From IMG/VR virus record IMGVR_UViG_3300031539_006876, positions 1 to 24,389 of that record: a stretch of 24,389 nt of DNA; one strand, written 5' to 3'. The notes under the pieces were generated by a model that was given only the letters and a program-made list of their open reading frames with translations, searched no databases and was not told the DNA's origin. Of the stretch, positions 1-7,896 are shown piece after piece. Each line of letters starts with the position of its first letter. The first letter of the stretch is position 1. Made by a program: the position numbers and the translations under genes. The stretch is from a virus. Its lineage: Duplodnaviria > Caudoviricetes.

Positions 1-390
1 GGTCAAAATTACGAATACCCGAAAAGGTATATTGATCTTTTTTATGATATAGTTGAGCCAGTTTTAATGAATACAAAAAGCTATTGGAACAGACCAAGAC
101 CATCGCAATTAGCTAAATTATATGGAATTCAAATAGAAAGAATAGTTACTGACACAATCCATACAGCGTCGTATCCTAGTGGACATACTGTATATAGTAA
201 ATTGGTAGCGAACATACTTTCAGATATGTATCCACAATTTGCAAATTCATTCAATAATATTGCTAAAACAACAGGAATTGCTAGAGTAAAACAAGGAGTT
301 CATTATCCTAGTGACAACGAAGCAAGTTTTATTTTTGCTGATTATCTATACAAAAAACTTCAACCAAAATTACAAAAATACATGAATTGA
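1..390 (+). CDS. PAP2-superfamily phosphatase (acid phosphatase/haloperoxidase fold), 5'-truncated by the window edge
   Basis: Frame is open from base 1 (GQNYEYPKRYIDLFYDIVEPVL precedes the tracked Met at 67). All three PAP2 motifs are present: K-x6-RP (KSYWNRPRP), PSGH (SYPSGH) and R-x5-H-x3-D (ARVKQGVHYPSD). Confidence 0.85.
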   Translation, partial: GQNYEYPKRYIDLFYDIVEPVLMNTKSYWNRPRPSQLAKLYGIQIERIVTDTIHTASYPSGHTVYSKLVANILSDMYPQFANSFNNIAKTTGIARVKQGVHYPSDNEASFIFADYLYKKLQPKLQKYMN

Positions 391-393
391 TAT

Positions 394-412
394 GGTGTAT
401 AGAAATTATATT
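394..412 (+). promoter_or_regulatory. Candidate phage late-promoter motif GGTGTA (copy 1)
   Basis: GGTGTATAG at 394-402 in the short gap before the 439 gene. The same hexamer recurs in the gaps at 6916 and 8133 and at the gene junction at 12419. Confidence 0.45.
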
Positions 413-438
413 CAAGATTACTCTTTAAGGAACCACAA

Positions 439-1323
439 ATGCCAACGTACAGACTGCACGACGAAAATGGTAATTTTTTCATAAGAAAAGAAGGAGATTC
501 TTTTTATCTAAATACTTTTGGAATTGGAGGAGGGAGCGGAACTCCTGGTCCTGTTGCTAGTTTTAGTTATTCAACCACTACGAACAGCGCATGTGTTGAT
601 AATGATCTAAATTTTAGTTGGGCTGCACCACTTGACGATGGAGGTAGTGCTGTTACTGGTTATGTAATTAGGAGAATAGGATCAGAGTGGATCGACGATA
701 CTGTGTATTCCTCAGGAGATCCTACACAGACGGGGTATGCAATTAATGAATTTTTAGAATTATGTCTCAGTGCTCCTGAGCAAGAAGTTACTCCAATAAA
801 TCCTCTTGTGTTGGGAAATATTACTTCTGTTGATTTTAGCGGCGTTGCTTGTGGTTATTATTCTTATCAGATTGCTGCTATTAATGTTAACGGAACTGGA
901 ACTTACTACCCATTTACAGCAATGGATTTGTATACTGGTGGTCTTGGATGGGCTCAAGTTGGACCAAGAGGATTTACTGTAACAAATCATGGAGAAGGAT
1001 CTATTACTATTAATTATCCGTCTAATATTTATAATGCATATAATGATGCTGAAGTTTGTGCTCCTGGCTCTACTTTCGGAGGCGTTACATCAAACTTATA
1101 CGAATTTGGAGAGTTTTATGATTGGGATGGAACAGGACCAGATCCTAACATAGTAGATTCATATAGTTCATCTGATCCAACTAATGCAGGACAAGTGTTT
1201 TACGATGGTCAATCACCCGGTATATACTATGCCACAATTGAAGAAACATGGTATGATGAAGAATATCAAGCTTGTACAGTACAAAAACATGCGTGTACAG
1301 TACCTTTTGAAATTACCTCCTAA
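439..1323 (+). CDS. FN3-like beta-sandwich protein, putative virion surface/structural protein; paralog of 1336..3138
   Basis: SD TAAGGA upstream. FN3 signature FSWAAPLDDGGSAVTGYVI ... YSYQIAAINVNGTG; acidic, rich in G/S/T/Y, with several Cys. Confidence 0.6.
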   Translation: MPTYRLHDENGNFFIRKEGDSFYLNTFGIGGGSGTPGPVASFSYSTTTNSACVDNDLNFSWAAPLDDGGSAVTGYVIRRIGSEWIDDTVYSSGDPTQTGYAINEFLELCLSAPEQEVTPINPLVLGNITSVDFSGVACGYYSYQIAAINVNGTGTYYPFTAMDLYTGGLGWAQVGPRGFTVTNHGEGSITINYPSNIYNAYNDAEVCAPGSTFGGVTSNLYEFGEFYDWDGTGPDPNIVDSYSSSDPTNAGQVFYDGQSPGIYYATIEETWYDEEYQACTVQKHACTVPFEITS

Positions 1324-1335
1324 AAAAGCGATAGT

Positions 1336-3138
1336 ATGAATATACACAGAATCAAAATAAGAAACGGCAGGGTTTATCTAGAAGAAAACAACGATTCTTT
1401 CTTTATTAATAGTAATCCTCCAAATATCGGACCTTATGATTCTGGGTATTATTGTATAGGTAGTCCTACTGATGTAGAGGCTACTTGCCATGACCCTAGT
1501 TGTTTCTATCATTCTGGTGGGCCTATATACACTTGGTGTAATACTATAAATGGGCCTTATAGCACTTTAGAAGAATGCGAAGCCGCCTGTTCTGTTGTAT
1601 TAGATCCACCTGCGCCTATAGTTGGATTTTCATACACCATGGAAAATTACGATAGTTCTCAAAGATGTGAGAGTGCTCCACTTTTAATAGCACTATGCTG
1701 TGATAATCTGGAGGACGGTTCTATTACATGGAGATGGAACGCACCAGAAAATGAAGATGAAGTAGCTTTTTATGTTATCAGAAGAATCTTATCGAGCCCC
1801 ACAAGAGTTCTTAATGGAACGCAACCGGAAGGATTTTTGCCAGAATATAACGGACCATATTCTATTGCTGACAGCGGCGGAGCAACGGATAATAATACTA
1901 CAACTTTAACACATTTTGAACCTTTTGTTGTTACATCAACTAGTGGTACAGGAGATACTTTTTCTGCTGCTGGTGAATACCTAAGTGGATCGAGTTTCTA
2001 TTACGATGAATACTCAGGAGACTCTGATCATTTTCCAACTATAGGAATAAGTAAAATTGAGTTTAGTAAACAATTTGGTCCAAAACTCACATTTAGAAGC
2101 AGTGCCGCTAAAACAGAATTTGTTGATACTAATCATGAGATGATTTTAGGAGCTAGTGGTTCAGGATATACTGGCAGAGAATATAATGGAATTCACTATT
2201 TACAAAACAATAGAATATCAAATCAAACTGACACTACAATATCATATTCTGGAACTCCAAGTTTAACAATTGCTCTGTCTGGTATCGACCATTTATTAGA
2301 AGATTTAGAAAATAATCCAGATACATTTTTATATATTCAAATGGATTATGATTATGCGGAGTTGCTGATTGATAATTGCGATAGTGAAATCGAAACCAAA
2401 AAATCTCCTTTTATTATATCTAAAACAACAGCTGATGCCATATTTAGAACTGGCGATGTATATGAAATTAATTTAGGTCAAAATCCATCATGTGGATATC
2501 ATTCGTATCAAATTATTGCCGTAAATGAAAATGGTCAAAGTGTACAAAAACCAAATGACATCGAAACTATGTCCACTTACGGATCAGGATGGATATTTAA
2601 GGGCAACCAAGAGTGGACCGTATCTGATGACGGCGGATCAAATCTTATATTTGAATGGGGAGTAGGAGAAAATGTTGGGTTTAGTGGTTTATGTCCAGCA
2701 GAAACTGGGTATTATTTTAATAGTAGCAACCCTTCTTGCCCAGGAGTTAATGGTCCTTTTATCTCAGCAGCAGAGTGTTCACAAGCACAAACTGATTGTG
2801 GGCTTATAATACCAGCTCCATGTTATAATCAGCAACTTTCAGTTACTCTTGAGTATGTTAGCGGAATTTTATACAGTAGAAACGGAGACGATCTAACATA
2901 CGAAGCATCAAGCGAGACACCCGGATATTTATCAATGCCCGCTCCTCCTAATGGCTGGTACGAGTTTAAAGGCATCGAAGGTCGTTACATCGAAGATTCC
3001 GAGGGCGGCACTACTCTTTGTGAGCAAGAAACAAAAAAATGCAGCGGGGGTGGCATAAACTTATTACCATATGATGGTTATTTTTACGTTTATGATGGTC
3101 AATTAGTTCAAGCACCTGCTTATCCTATAGTAAATTAA
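1336..3138 (+). CDS. Large Cys-rich FN3-like protein, putative virion surface/structural protein
   Basis: Shares collinear blocks with the 439 protein (NGRVYLEENNDSFFIN vs NGNFFIRKEGDSFYLN; WNAP...YVIRRI; CGYHSYQIIAVNENG vs CGYYSYQIAAINVNG). Also carries two Cys-rich NGP[YF]xxxxEC modules. Confidence 0.55.
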   Translation: MNIHRIKIRNGRVYLEENNDSFFINSNPPNIGPYDSGYYCIGSPTDVEATCHDPSCFYHSGGPIYTWCNTINGPYSTLEECEAACSVVLDPPAPIVGFSYTMENYDSSQRCESAPLLIALCCDNLEDGSITWRWNAPENEDEVAFYVIRRILSSPTRVLNGTQPEGFLPEYNGPYSIADSGGATDNNTTTLTHFEPFVVTSTSGTGDTFSAAGEYLSGSSFYYDEYSGDSDHFPTIGISKIEFSKQFGPKLTFRSSAAKTEFVDTNHEMILGASGSGYTGREYNGIHYLQNNRISNQTDTTISYSGTPSLTIALSGIDHLLEDLENNPDTFLYIQMDYDYAELLIDNCDSEIETKKSPFIISKTTADAIFRTGDVYEINLGQNPSCGYHSYQIIAVNENGQSVQKPNDIETMSTYGSGWIFKGNQEWTVSDDGGSNLIFEWGVGENVGFSGLCPAETGYYFNSSNPSCPGVNGPFISAAECSQAQTDCGLIIPAPCYNQQLSVTLEYVSGILYSRNGDDLTYEASSETPGYLSMPAPPNGWYEFKGIEGRYIEDSEGGTTLCEQETKKCSGGGINLLPYDGYFYVYDGQLVQAPAYPIVN

Positions 3139-3149
3139 GAAAGTACAAA

Positions 3150-3680
3150 ATGAGATATCATGATATATTAAAAGGCATTGAATCTTCTCTAGAAAAAACC
3201 TCTTCGTATGATGATAGATTAAAATACGAAAGAAAAAACATGTACTATCCTGCTCCGATAGCAGAGGATGAAATGAAGATATCTCCAGAAAACATGGAGA
3301 ACGAAAGTCCAAAAGACGAAATGGAAGAATATAAAGAAGACTTTTTCAATATGAGTGTTGGTTCTTTAACAGCTATTATGATGCATTCTAAAGCTATACT
3401 AGAAAATTTAGACAATCCGCAAGTAAAAGAAAACTTGACAGAGAGCTGGCTTCAGGGTAAAATTGCAATAACAGAGGATTACATGAGAACGATTCATGAT
3501 TTTATCATGTATGTCTCTGAGGCTGCCGATAATGTAGAAGCAGCAGATAAGCCAGGGTTATGGGAAAATATCAGGAAGAAAAGAGAGCGAGAAGGTAAAA
3601 AATACCGACCCGCAAAACCAGGAGACAAAGATAGACCAGACCCAGAACAATGGAAAAAATTAACTAAAGAGAAAAAGTAG
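3150..3680 (+). CDS. Phage hypothetical protein (acidic N-half, basic C-terminal GLWENIR module)
   Basis: 176-aa ORF. The WLQGKIAITEDY helix and the KPGLWENIRKKR...PAKPGDKDRPD tail resemble motifs I recall from large-phage hypotheticals; function unknown. Confidence 0.6.
   Translation: MRYHDILKGIESSLEKTSSYDDRLKYERKNMYYPAPIAEDEMKISPENMENESPKDEMEEYKEDFFNMSVGSLTAIMMHSKAILENLDNPQVKENLTESWLQGKIAITEDYMRTIHDFIMYVSEAADNVEAADKPGLWENIRKKREREGKKYRPAKPGDKDRPDPEQWKKLTKEKK
3435..3463 (+). promoter_or_regulatory. Sigma-70-type promoter inside the 3150 CDS, upstream of the phage sigma factor
   Basis: TTGACA (3435-3440), 17-bp spacer, TAAAAT (3458-3463): 11/12 match to consensus. Confidence 0.6.
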
Positions 3681-3733
3681 TCTCTTATTTGAAATTGATA
3701 TTAGGAATTTTTACTTAGGACTTAGGAGAAAAT

Positions 3734-4390
3734 ATGTCTGTACAGATTGAAGGAATTGGTAAGCAAAAGATTGAATATAGGGACCACAATGAAATTAATT
3801 TTTATTGTTTGTCAGAATATCTAACACTAGCGAAAAAATCTATCTCTAAATTCGCTAATCGTTTTTATAGGGGTCTGTCTATAAAAATGTTAAAAGACGA
3901 AGATGCTATTTCCAATATTGCTAATGCTATAATGATGGCAGATTGGCGATTTGACGAAAATTATGTGGGTAAAAATAAAGAGAAAAAGACAAGATACTCA
4001 TATAGAAACCAATGTGCTCTTTGGGCTATTCAAGGATATGTTACTAAAAATTACAGGAACAAAAACAAGAAACAAAAAACCTATTCTCTCGATCATACAA
4101 TTTATGACAATGAAGAATTTTCATCTTATTGTTTTGTGGTAAATAATAAATCTAAGAGTCCCGAAGAAATAATGTTGCACGAAGAACAAAATCAACAGAT
4201 AAAGAACAAAATTGATGAAATACTGTGCCTTGACTTTATTACTGACAATCAGAAAGAATATATAAGATTGTACTACATAGAAGGTAATACTTTTGAGCAA
4301 ATTGGTAAAAAGTTTCGTCTTACCAGAGAAGCAATTCGTCAATCAATAAAAAAAGCTATTACTAAAATACAGGAATACTATAATGTCTAA
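3734..4390 (+). CDS. Phage-encoded RNA polymerase sigma factor (sigma-70 family)
   Basis: SD AGGAG. Region-2-like segment (AIMMADWRFD...RYSYRNQCALWAIQGY) and a clear region-4 HTH: ITDNQKEYIRLYYIEGNTFEQIGKKFRLTREAIRQSIKKAITKI. Confidence 0.85.
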   Translation: MSVQIEGIGKQKIEYRDHNEINFYCLSEYLTLAKKSISKFANRFYRGLSIKMLKDEDAISNIANAIMMADWRFDENYVGKNKEKKTRYSYRNQCALWAIQGYVTKNYRNKNKKQKTYSLDHTIYDNEEFSSYCFVVNNKSKSPEEIMLHEEQNQQIKNKIDEILCLDFITDNQKEYIRLYYIEGNTFEQIGKKFRLTREAIRQSIKKAITKIQEYYNV

Positions 4391-4778
4391 ATTTTATCAT
4401 AATGCCAATTTAGTTATATTTACAACTGACATAAAAAATAATAAGCAATATGTTTTATCAACTGATAAAAATGAAATTCGTTTTCCTTTTCTGGAAATAA
4501 AGGGGGAATCAAAAAAAGACATTGATTCATCTATTGGTAACTATATCAGAGAAAATATTCTTTTTTTAAAGAACGAAGAACTTTTTATACAACTGATAAG
4601 TCTAAATGAAGAATGCATATCTGACAATCCAGAAATAATTTCATCTGTTTATGGCTTTATTGTTCCACAAGAAACCCAGGTTAATTACGAAAAATATAAT
4701 TGGATTGAGTTTGATTTACTGAACGAAAGTAATAAATACAATATTCTATTCATAGATATAATTAGGAGTTTAGTCTAA
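4383..4778 (+). CDS. Hypothetical protein, possibly a degenerate NUDIX-fold protein
   Basis: Overlaps the sigma stop. ANLVIFTTD..KQYVL...IRFP resembles the N-terminal strands of NUDIX proteins, but there is no GX5EX7REUXEEXGU box. Confidence 0.5.
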   Translation: MSKFYHNANLVIFTTDIKNNKQYVLSTDKNEIRFPFLEIKGESKKDIDSSIGNYIRENILFLKNEELFIQLISLNEECISDNPEIISSVYGFIVPQETQVNYEKYNWIEFDLLNESNKYNILFIDIIRSLV

Positions 4779-5173
4779 TGTTTAATTTATTCAAAGGAAA
4801 ATCTTCTAAAGAACCAAAAGAAAAGAATGAAGACCCACTAAGAATAAGCTTAGAAGAAAACGCTATCATGTTTTGCGTAGATAAGAACCACGAACTAATC
4901 ATCAAAATTAGTGCGCAAAATCTAGACAACGAAAGCGCCAAAAAAGTCGCTGAGGTTTTATTTTTCATGGGCAAAGGATATTACCGACCTCAAATATTAC
5001 AGATGTTGCAGGACATGGCTGTTGATGATCCTTCAAGGCAGGGTTTTGTTAGCGATTTAATCCTGTACTGGTCTGCATATATTGACACATACAAAGATTT
5101 GACCTATAATAAAGGTGGTCCCGTTGTTTGTCCAACTAAATTTTCTCAACTTGTTCATAACTCGGAAAAATAA
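4778..5173 (+). CDS. Hypothetical protein
   Basis: 131-aa ORF, TAATG-coupled to the previous gene, SD AGGAG upstream. Confidence 0.7.
   Translation: MFNLFKGKSSKEPKEKNEDPLRISLEENAIMFCVDKNHELIIKISAQNLDNESAKKVAEVLFFMGKGYYRPQILQMLQDMAVDDPSRQGFVSDLILYWSAYIDTYKDLTYNKGGPVVCPTKFSQLVHNSEK
5082..5110 (+). promoter_or_regulatory. Perfect-consensus sigma-70 promoter inside the 4778 CDS
   Basis: TTGACA (5082-5087), 17-bp spacer, TATAAT (5105-5110); 66 bp separate it from the 5177 start. Confidence 0.7.
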
Positions 5174-5176
5174 CAA

Positions 5177-5581
5177 ATGAAACCAGAAGCATTAATAGTG
5201 TGGGAAAAATGGGTAGATCCTTTTGGGCAAGCATTGGAGGAAGCAAAATGGACAGACTATGAAAATGAAATAGATACTTTAAACGATATTGAGTATATAG
5301 ATGACGAAGATATGGAAATGAGACCTATTAAGGCTATTGCCACACCAATGGGTATTATTCCGTATAATGAATTAACTGCCCCTAGTAGCCTGTTTAATTT
5401 TTGGGTTGGTCATACTAATTTCGATATTACAAAAAAAATAGTAGACATTATTGAAAAATCTGATGGTGTAGAAATTCTAGATATTTTTACAAGATATCGT
5501 TTTAGAATAGGTATAGGAAAATGTTTTAACGATAGCGAAACAATGAAATCAATTAATGACGAAATTTATAAAGAGATTTAG
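5177..5581 (+). CDS. Hypothetical protein
   Basis: 134-aa ORF with an acidic linker and a compact C-terminal alpha/beta segment (FWVGHTNFDIT...GVEILDIFTRYRFRIGIGK); abuts the ClpP-like gene. Confidence 0.7.
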   Translation: MKPEALIVWEKWVDPFGQALEEAKWTDYENEIDTLNDIEYIDDEDMEMRPIKAIATPMGIIPYNELTAPSSLFNFWVGHTNFDITKKIVDIIEKSDGVEILDIFTRYRFRIGIGKCFNDSETMKSINDEIYKEI

Positions 5582-6235
5582 ATGAACGCTAAAAATAACG
5601 ATCCTTTATCTGATTTCCATGACTATGGAGCTAACGTAAAAACAAGAGAGATATTCTTGCAAAATTATCCAGAACATGACGGTAATCCTGGTGTTGATTA
5701 TAAAACAGCTAATTGTTTCATTAAAAACCTAAGAGCGCTCGAATTATCCTCCAACAAAGACATATTTATTCATCTTTATAGCACTGGTGGGGAATGGAAT
5801 GACTGCATGGCTATATATGATTCAGTTAAATATGCCAACTCTAAAATTACAATGCTTTCTTATGGTCAAACAGAATCAGCTAGCACAATCATTCTTCAAG
5901 CTGCTAAAATTAGGATATTAATGCCTAATTCTTATTTTATGGTTCACTATGGAACTAGTGGATATATTGGGCAGTATCTTAGTGTGCAGAATTGGAGTAA
6001 TTACGAAAAATATATTTGTGACATTATGATCGACATTTATGCGAACAGATGTGCAAATGGATTGTATTTCAAAGAAAAAAAATATACACTCGATAAAGTG
6101 AAAAAACATCTCTATAAAAAACTAAAAGATGGAGATTGGTACTTAAAACCCGAAGAAGCCGTGTATTATGGTTTTGCTGATGGTGTATTAGGTAATAGAA
6201 AGTATCCTAATGTAGACGCTCTATTAACACCATAA
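5582..6235 (+). CDS. clpP: ClpP-family (peptidase S14) protease
   Basis: IHLYSTGGEW (YINSPGGSV equivalent) and MAIYDSV; catalytic Ser in GQTESASTIIL, His in NSYFMVHYG, Asp in GDWYLKPEEAVYYGFAD. Confidence 0.88.
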   Translation: MNAKNNDPLSDFHDYGANVKTREIFLQNYPEHDGNPGVDYKTANCFIKNLRALELSSNKDIFIHLYSTGGEWNDCMAIYDSVKYANSKITMLSYGQTESASTIILQAAKIRILMPNSYFMVHYGTSGYIGQYLSVQNWSNYEKYICDIMIDIYANRCANGLYFKEKKYTLDKVKKHLYKKLKDGDWYLKPEEAVYYGFADGVLGNRKYPNVDALLTP

Positions 6236-6247
6236 GGCAAGCACAAC

Positions 6248-6907
6248 ATGTTTATAGATTTCGCGATTATTAGTACTGATATCACTACTAAAGAAGCAAA
6301 AGATCTATTAGTAGAATCTACAAAAAACAAGATTAATAGCGTAACCGTTTCATATGATTTGCTAAAATTAGCCAAAAAAATAATTAAAAGCTCAAATATA
6401 GACATCTCTTGTTTTATTGATTTTCCTTTGGGTATATCTGACCCCGATACCAGGCAGTTAGCAGTAAAACAAGCTATTGGTGCTGGTGCTACTTCTGTAG
6501 ATATTAGTATGCCTCAAAATTTAGCAGCTAATAGAAGATACGATAAGATAAGAGAGGATGTGTCTACTGTCAAAAACATATGTTTAGAAAACAATATAAA
6601 AACAAGATATATACTAGAATACAGGTCGTTTGATCATAAATGTCTTAAAAAAATTTGCGAAATATTTGATGACAATAATATAGAATTTTGTTTTCCTTCA
6701 ACTAGTTTTTTTTTAGATAATTTAAGCGACAATATTATAGCTTCATCATTTTTGCACGAAAACTCTAAAGAAATAAATATAATCTGTAGCGGTAATTTTT
6801 GGACTGAAAACCATTTCAATATAATAAACAAATCTGGAATATATGGTTTTAGAACATCGTCTATTTCTGTCTTAAAAAATTACAATAAGTATTTGTTAAA
6901 CAACTAA
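6248..6907 (+). CDS. DeoC/DERA-like TIM-barrel protein, probably catalytically inactive
   Basis: DERA landmarks IDFPLG, AIGAGATSVDI, YILE, STSF, SG and RTSS are present. The Schiff-base Lys motif KTSTG reads FPSTS and the second Lys motif VKASGG reads IICSGN. Confidence 0.75.
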   Translation: MFIDFAIISTDITTKEAKDLLVESTKNKINSVTVSYDLLKLAKKIIKSSNIDISCFIDFPLGISDPDTRQLAVKQAIGAGATSVDISMPQNLAANRRYDKIREDVSTVKNICLENNIKTRYILEYRSFDHKCLKKICEIFDDNNIEFCFPSTSFFLDNLSDNIIASSFLHENSKEINIICSGNFWTENHFNIINKSGIYGFRTSSISVLKNYNKYLLNN

Positions 6908-6915
6908 ATATATAC

Positions 6916-6931
6916 GGTGTATAGCATACTA
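6916..6931 (+). promoter_or_regulatory. Candidate late promoter GGTGTA-N4-ATACTA (copy 2)
   Basis: GGTGTA TAGC ATACTA in the intergenic gap; same bipartite pattern as 8133-8148. Confidence 0.5.
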
Positions 6932-6963
6932 ACAGTATCTTACTAATTATTACAGGAGTTATC

Positions 6964-7530
6964 ATGGCTACAATGCAAGTAAATGGCAGTGCCGTAACAA
7001 AAATTTCTACCGATAACAATGGCGGTTCTATTAAAAGCAACGGTTCTGTTTCTGTAGGACTAAGACAAGTATCCTTAGTCGAGCAGAACGTTGGCGTTTT
7101 TGGCTCAACAGTAGTAAACGGAGTCAATGTAGAGCCGTCAATTTCTGGAGGAGAAATACCTCATAATCATCAAAACCCAATATCTTTTTTTACTTCTCAA
7201 AAATTAGCTGGGGTTTCTAACAATGCTTTGAATAGCCCTAACGCATGTTATGTGTATATGAGAAATCCAGCGCCTTGGGAAGTAATGAGAACGAGAAGAC
7301 TTGCAACAGCTATTAGAGATGGTTATTTCAATGTATTTACTGGAGTAGCAGAAAGCGGATATCCCGTTACGGAAGTTGATCTTTGGTGGGATGTTGCTGC
7401 TAATACTGGTGTAGCAGACACTCCAGATATTGTTGCTTCTCCAAGTAGAGCAAATCCTGGGTATCTTTATTTCTTAGACGGTAGTCCAAATCCATCAACA
7501 ATCAATTATTCTAGCAAAACAGGTAACTAA
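6964..7530 (+). CDS. Hypothetical protein, possibly virion-associated
   Basis: SD CAGGAG; 188 aa rich in G/S/N/V/T, a composition typical of beta-structured virion proteins (inference). Confidence 0.65.
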   Translation: MATMQVNGSAVTKISTDNNGGSIKSNGSVSVGLRQVSLVEQNVGVFGSTVVNGVNVEPSISGGEIPHNHQNPISFFTSQKLAGVSNNALNSPNACYVYMRNPAPWEVMRTRRLATAIRDGYFNVFTGVAESGYPVTEVDLWWDVAANTGVADTPDIVASPSRANPGYLYFLDGSPNPSTINYSSKTGN

Positions 7531-7551
7531 TAATATTTGTTAGGAGAAAAC

Positions 7552-7890
7552 ATGACACTACTAGCAGAAATAAGTCATACAATATTTGACTTCTGGCAAA
7601 ATATAGCTACTACTGCGGTTGGCATTATCATTACTTTAGTAGCTTTTTGGGCCGGCATTGTTAGACATATGGCAACAAGAGAAGAAGTCTGCGAAATGAT
7701 TGTCACTAGAAGTCCATATGTTGAAGATAGGCAATATATAATGGAAAGACTTGCTGTTAACAAAGAAATTCAAGGTCAGCTATCATTAGCTTTACAAAAA
7801 AATTCAGAAGTAATGAATGAATTAAGAATACAAATAGCAACATTGTCTAAAACTTTAGAAACACTAGAAACAAGAATGGATAGGGAGTAA
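7552..7890 (+). CDS. Single-TM membrane protein with C-terminal coiled coil (holin/spanin-like architecture)
   Basis: ATG at 7552 follows SD AGGAG and is preferred over the tracked TTG at 7537. TM segment IATTAVGIIITLVAFWAGIV; heptad tail LSLALQKNSEVMNELRIQIATLSKTLETLETRM. Confidence 0.65.
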   Translation: MTLLAEISHTIFDFWQNIATTAVGIIITLVAFWAGIVRHMATREEVCEMIVTRSPYVEDRQYIMERLAVNKEIQGQLSLALQKNSEVMNELRIQIATLSKTLETLETRMDRE

Positions 7891-7896
7891 ACGCTT

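Noticed and set aside
439-3138. Diversity-generating retroelement TR/VR pair between the two paralogs
   Set aside because: Nucleotide differences are not adenine-restricted, similarity is mainly at the protein level, and there is no reverse transcriptase in the window.
3667-3690. Intrinsic terminator after the 3150 gene
   Set aside because: Only a 6-bp AT-rich stem and no real U-tract.
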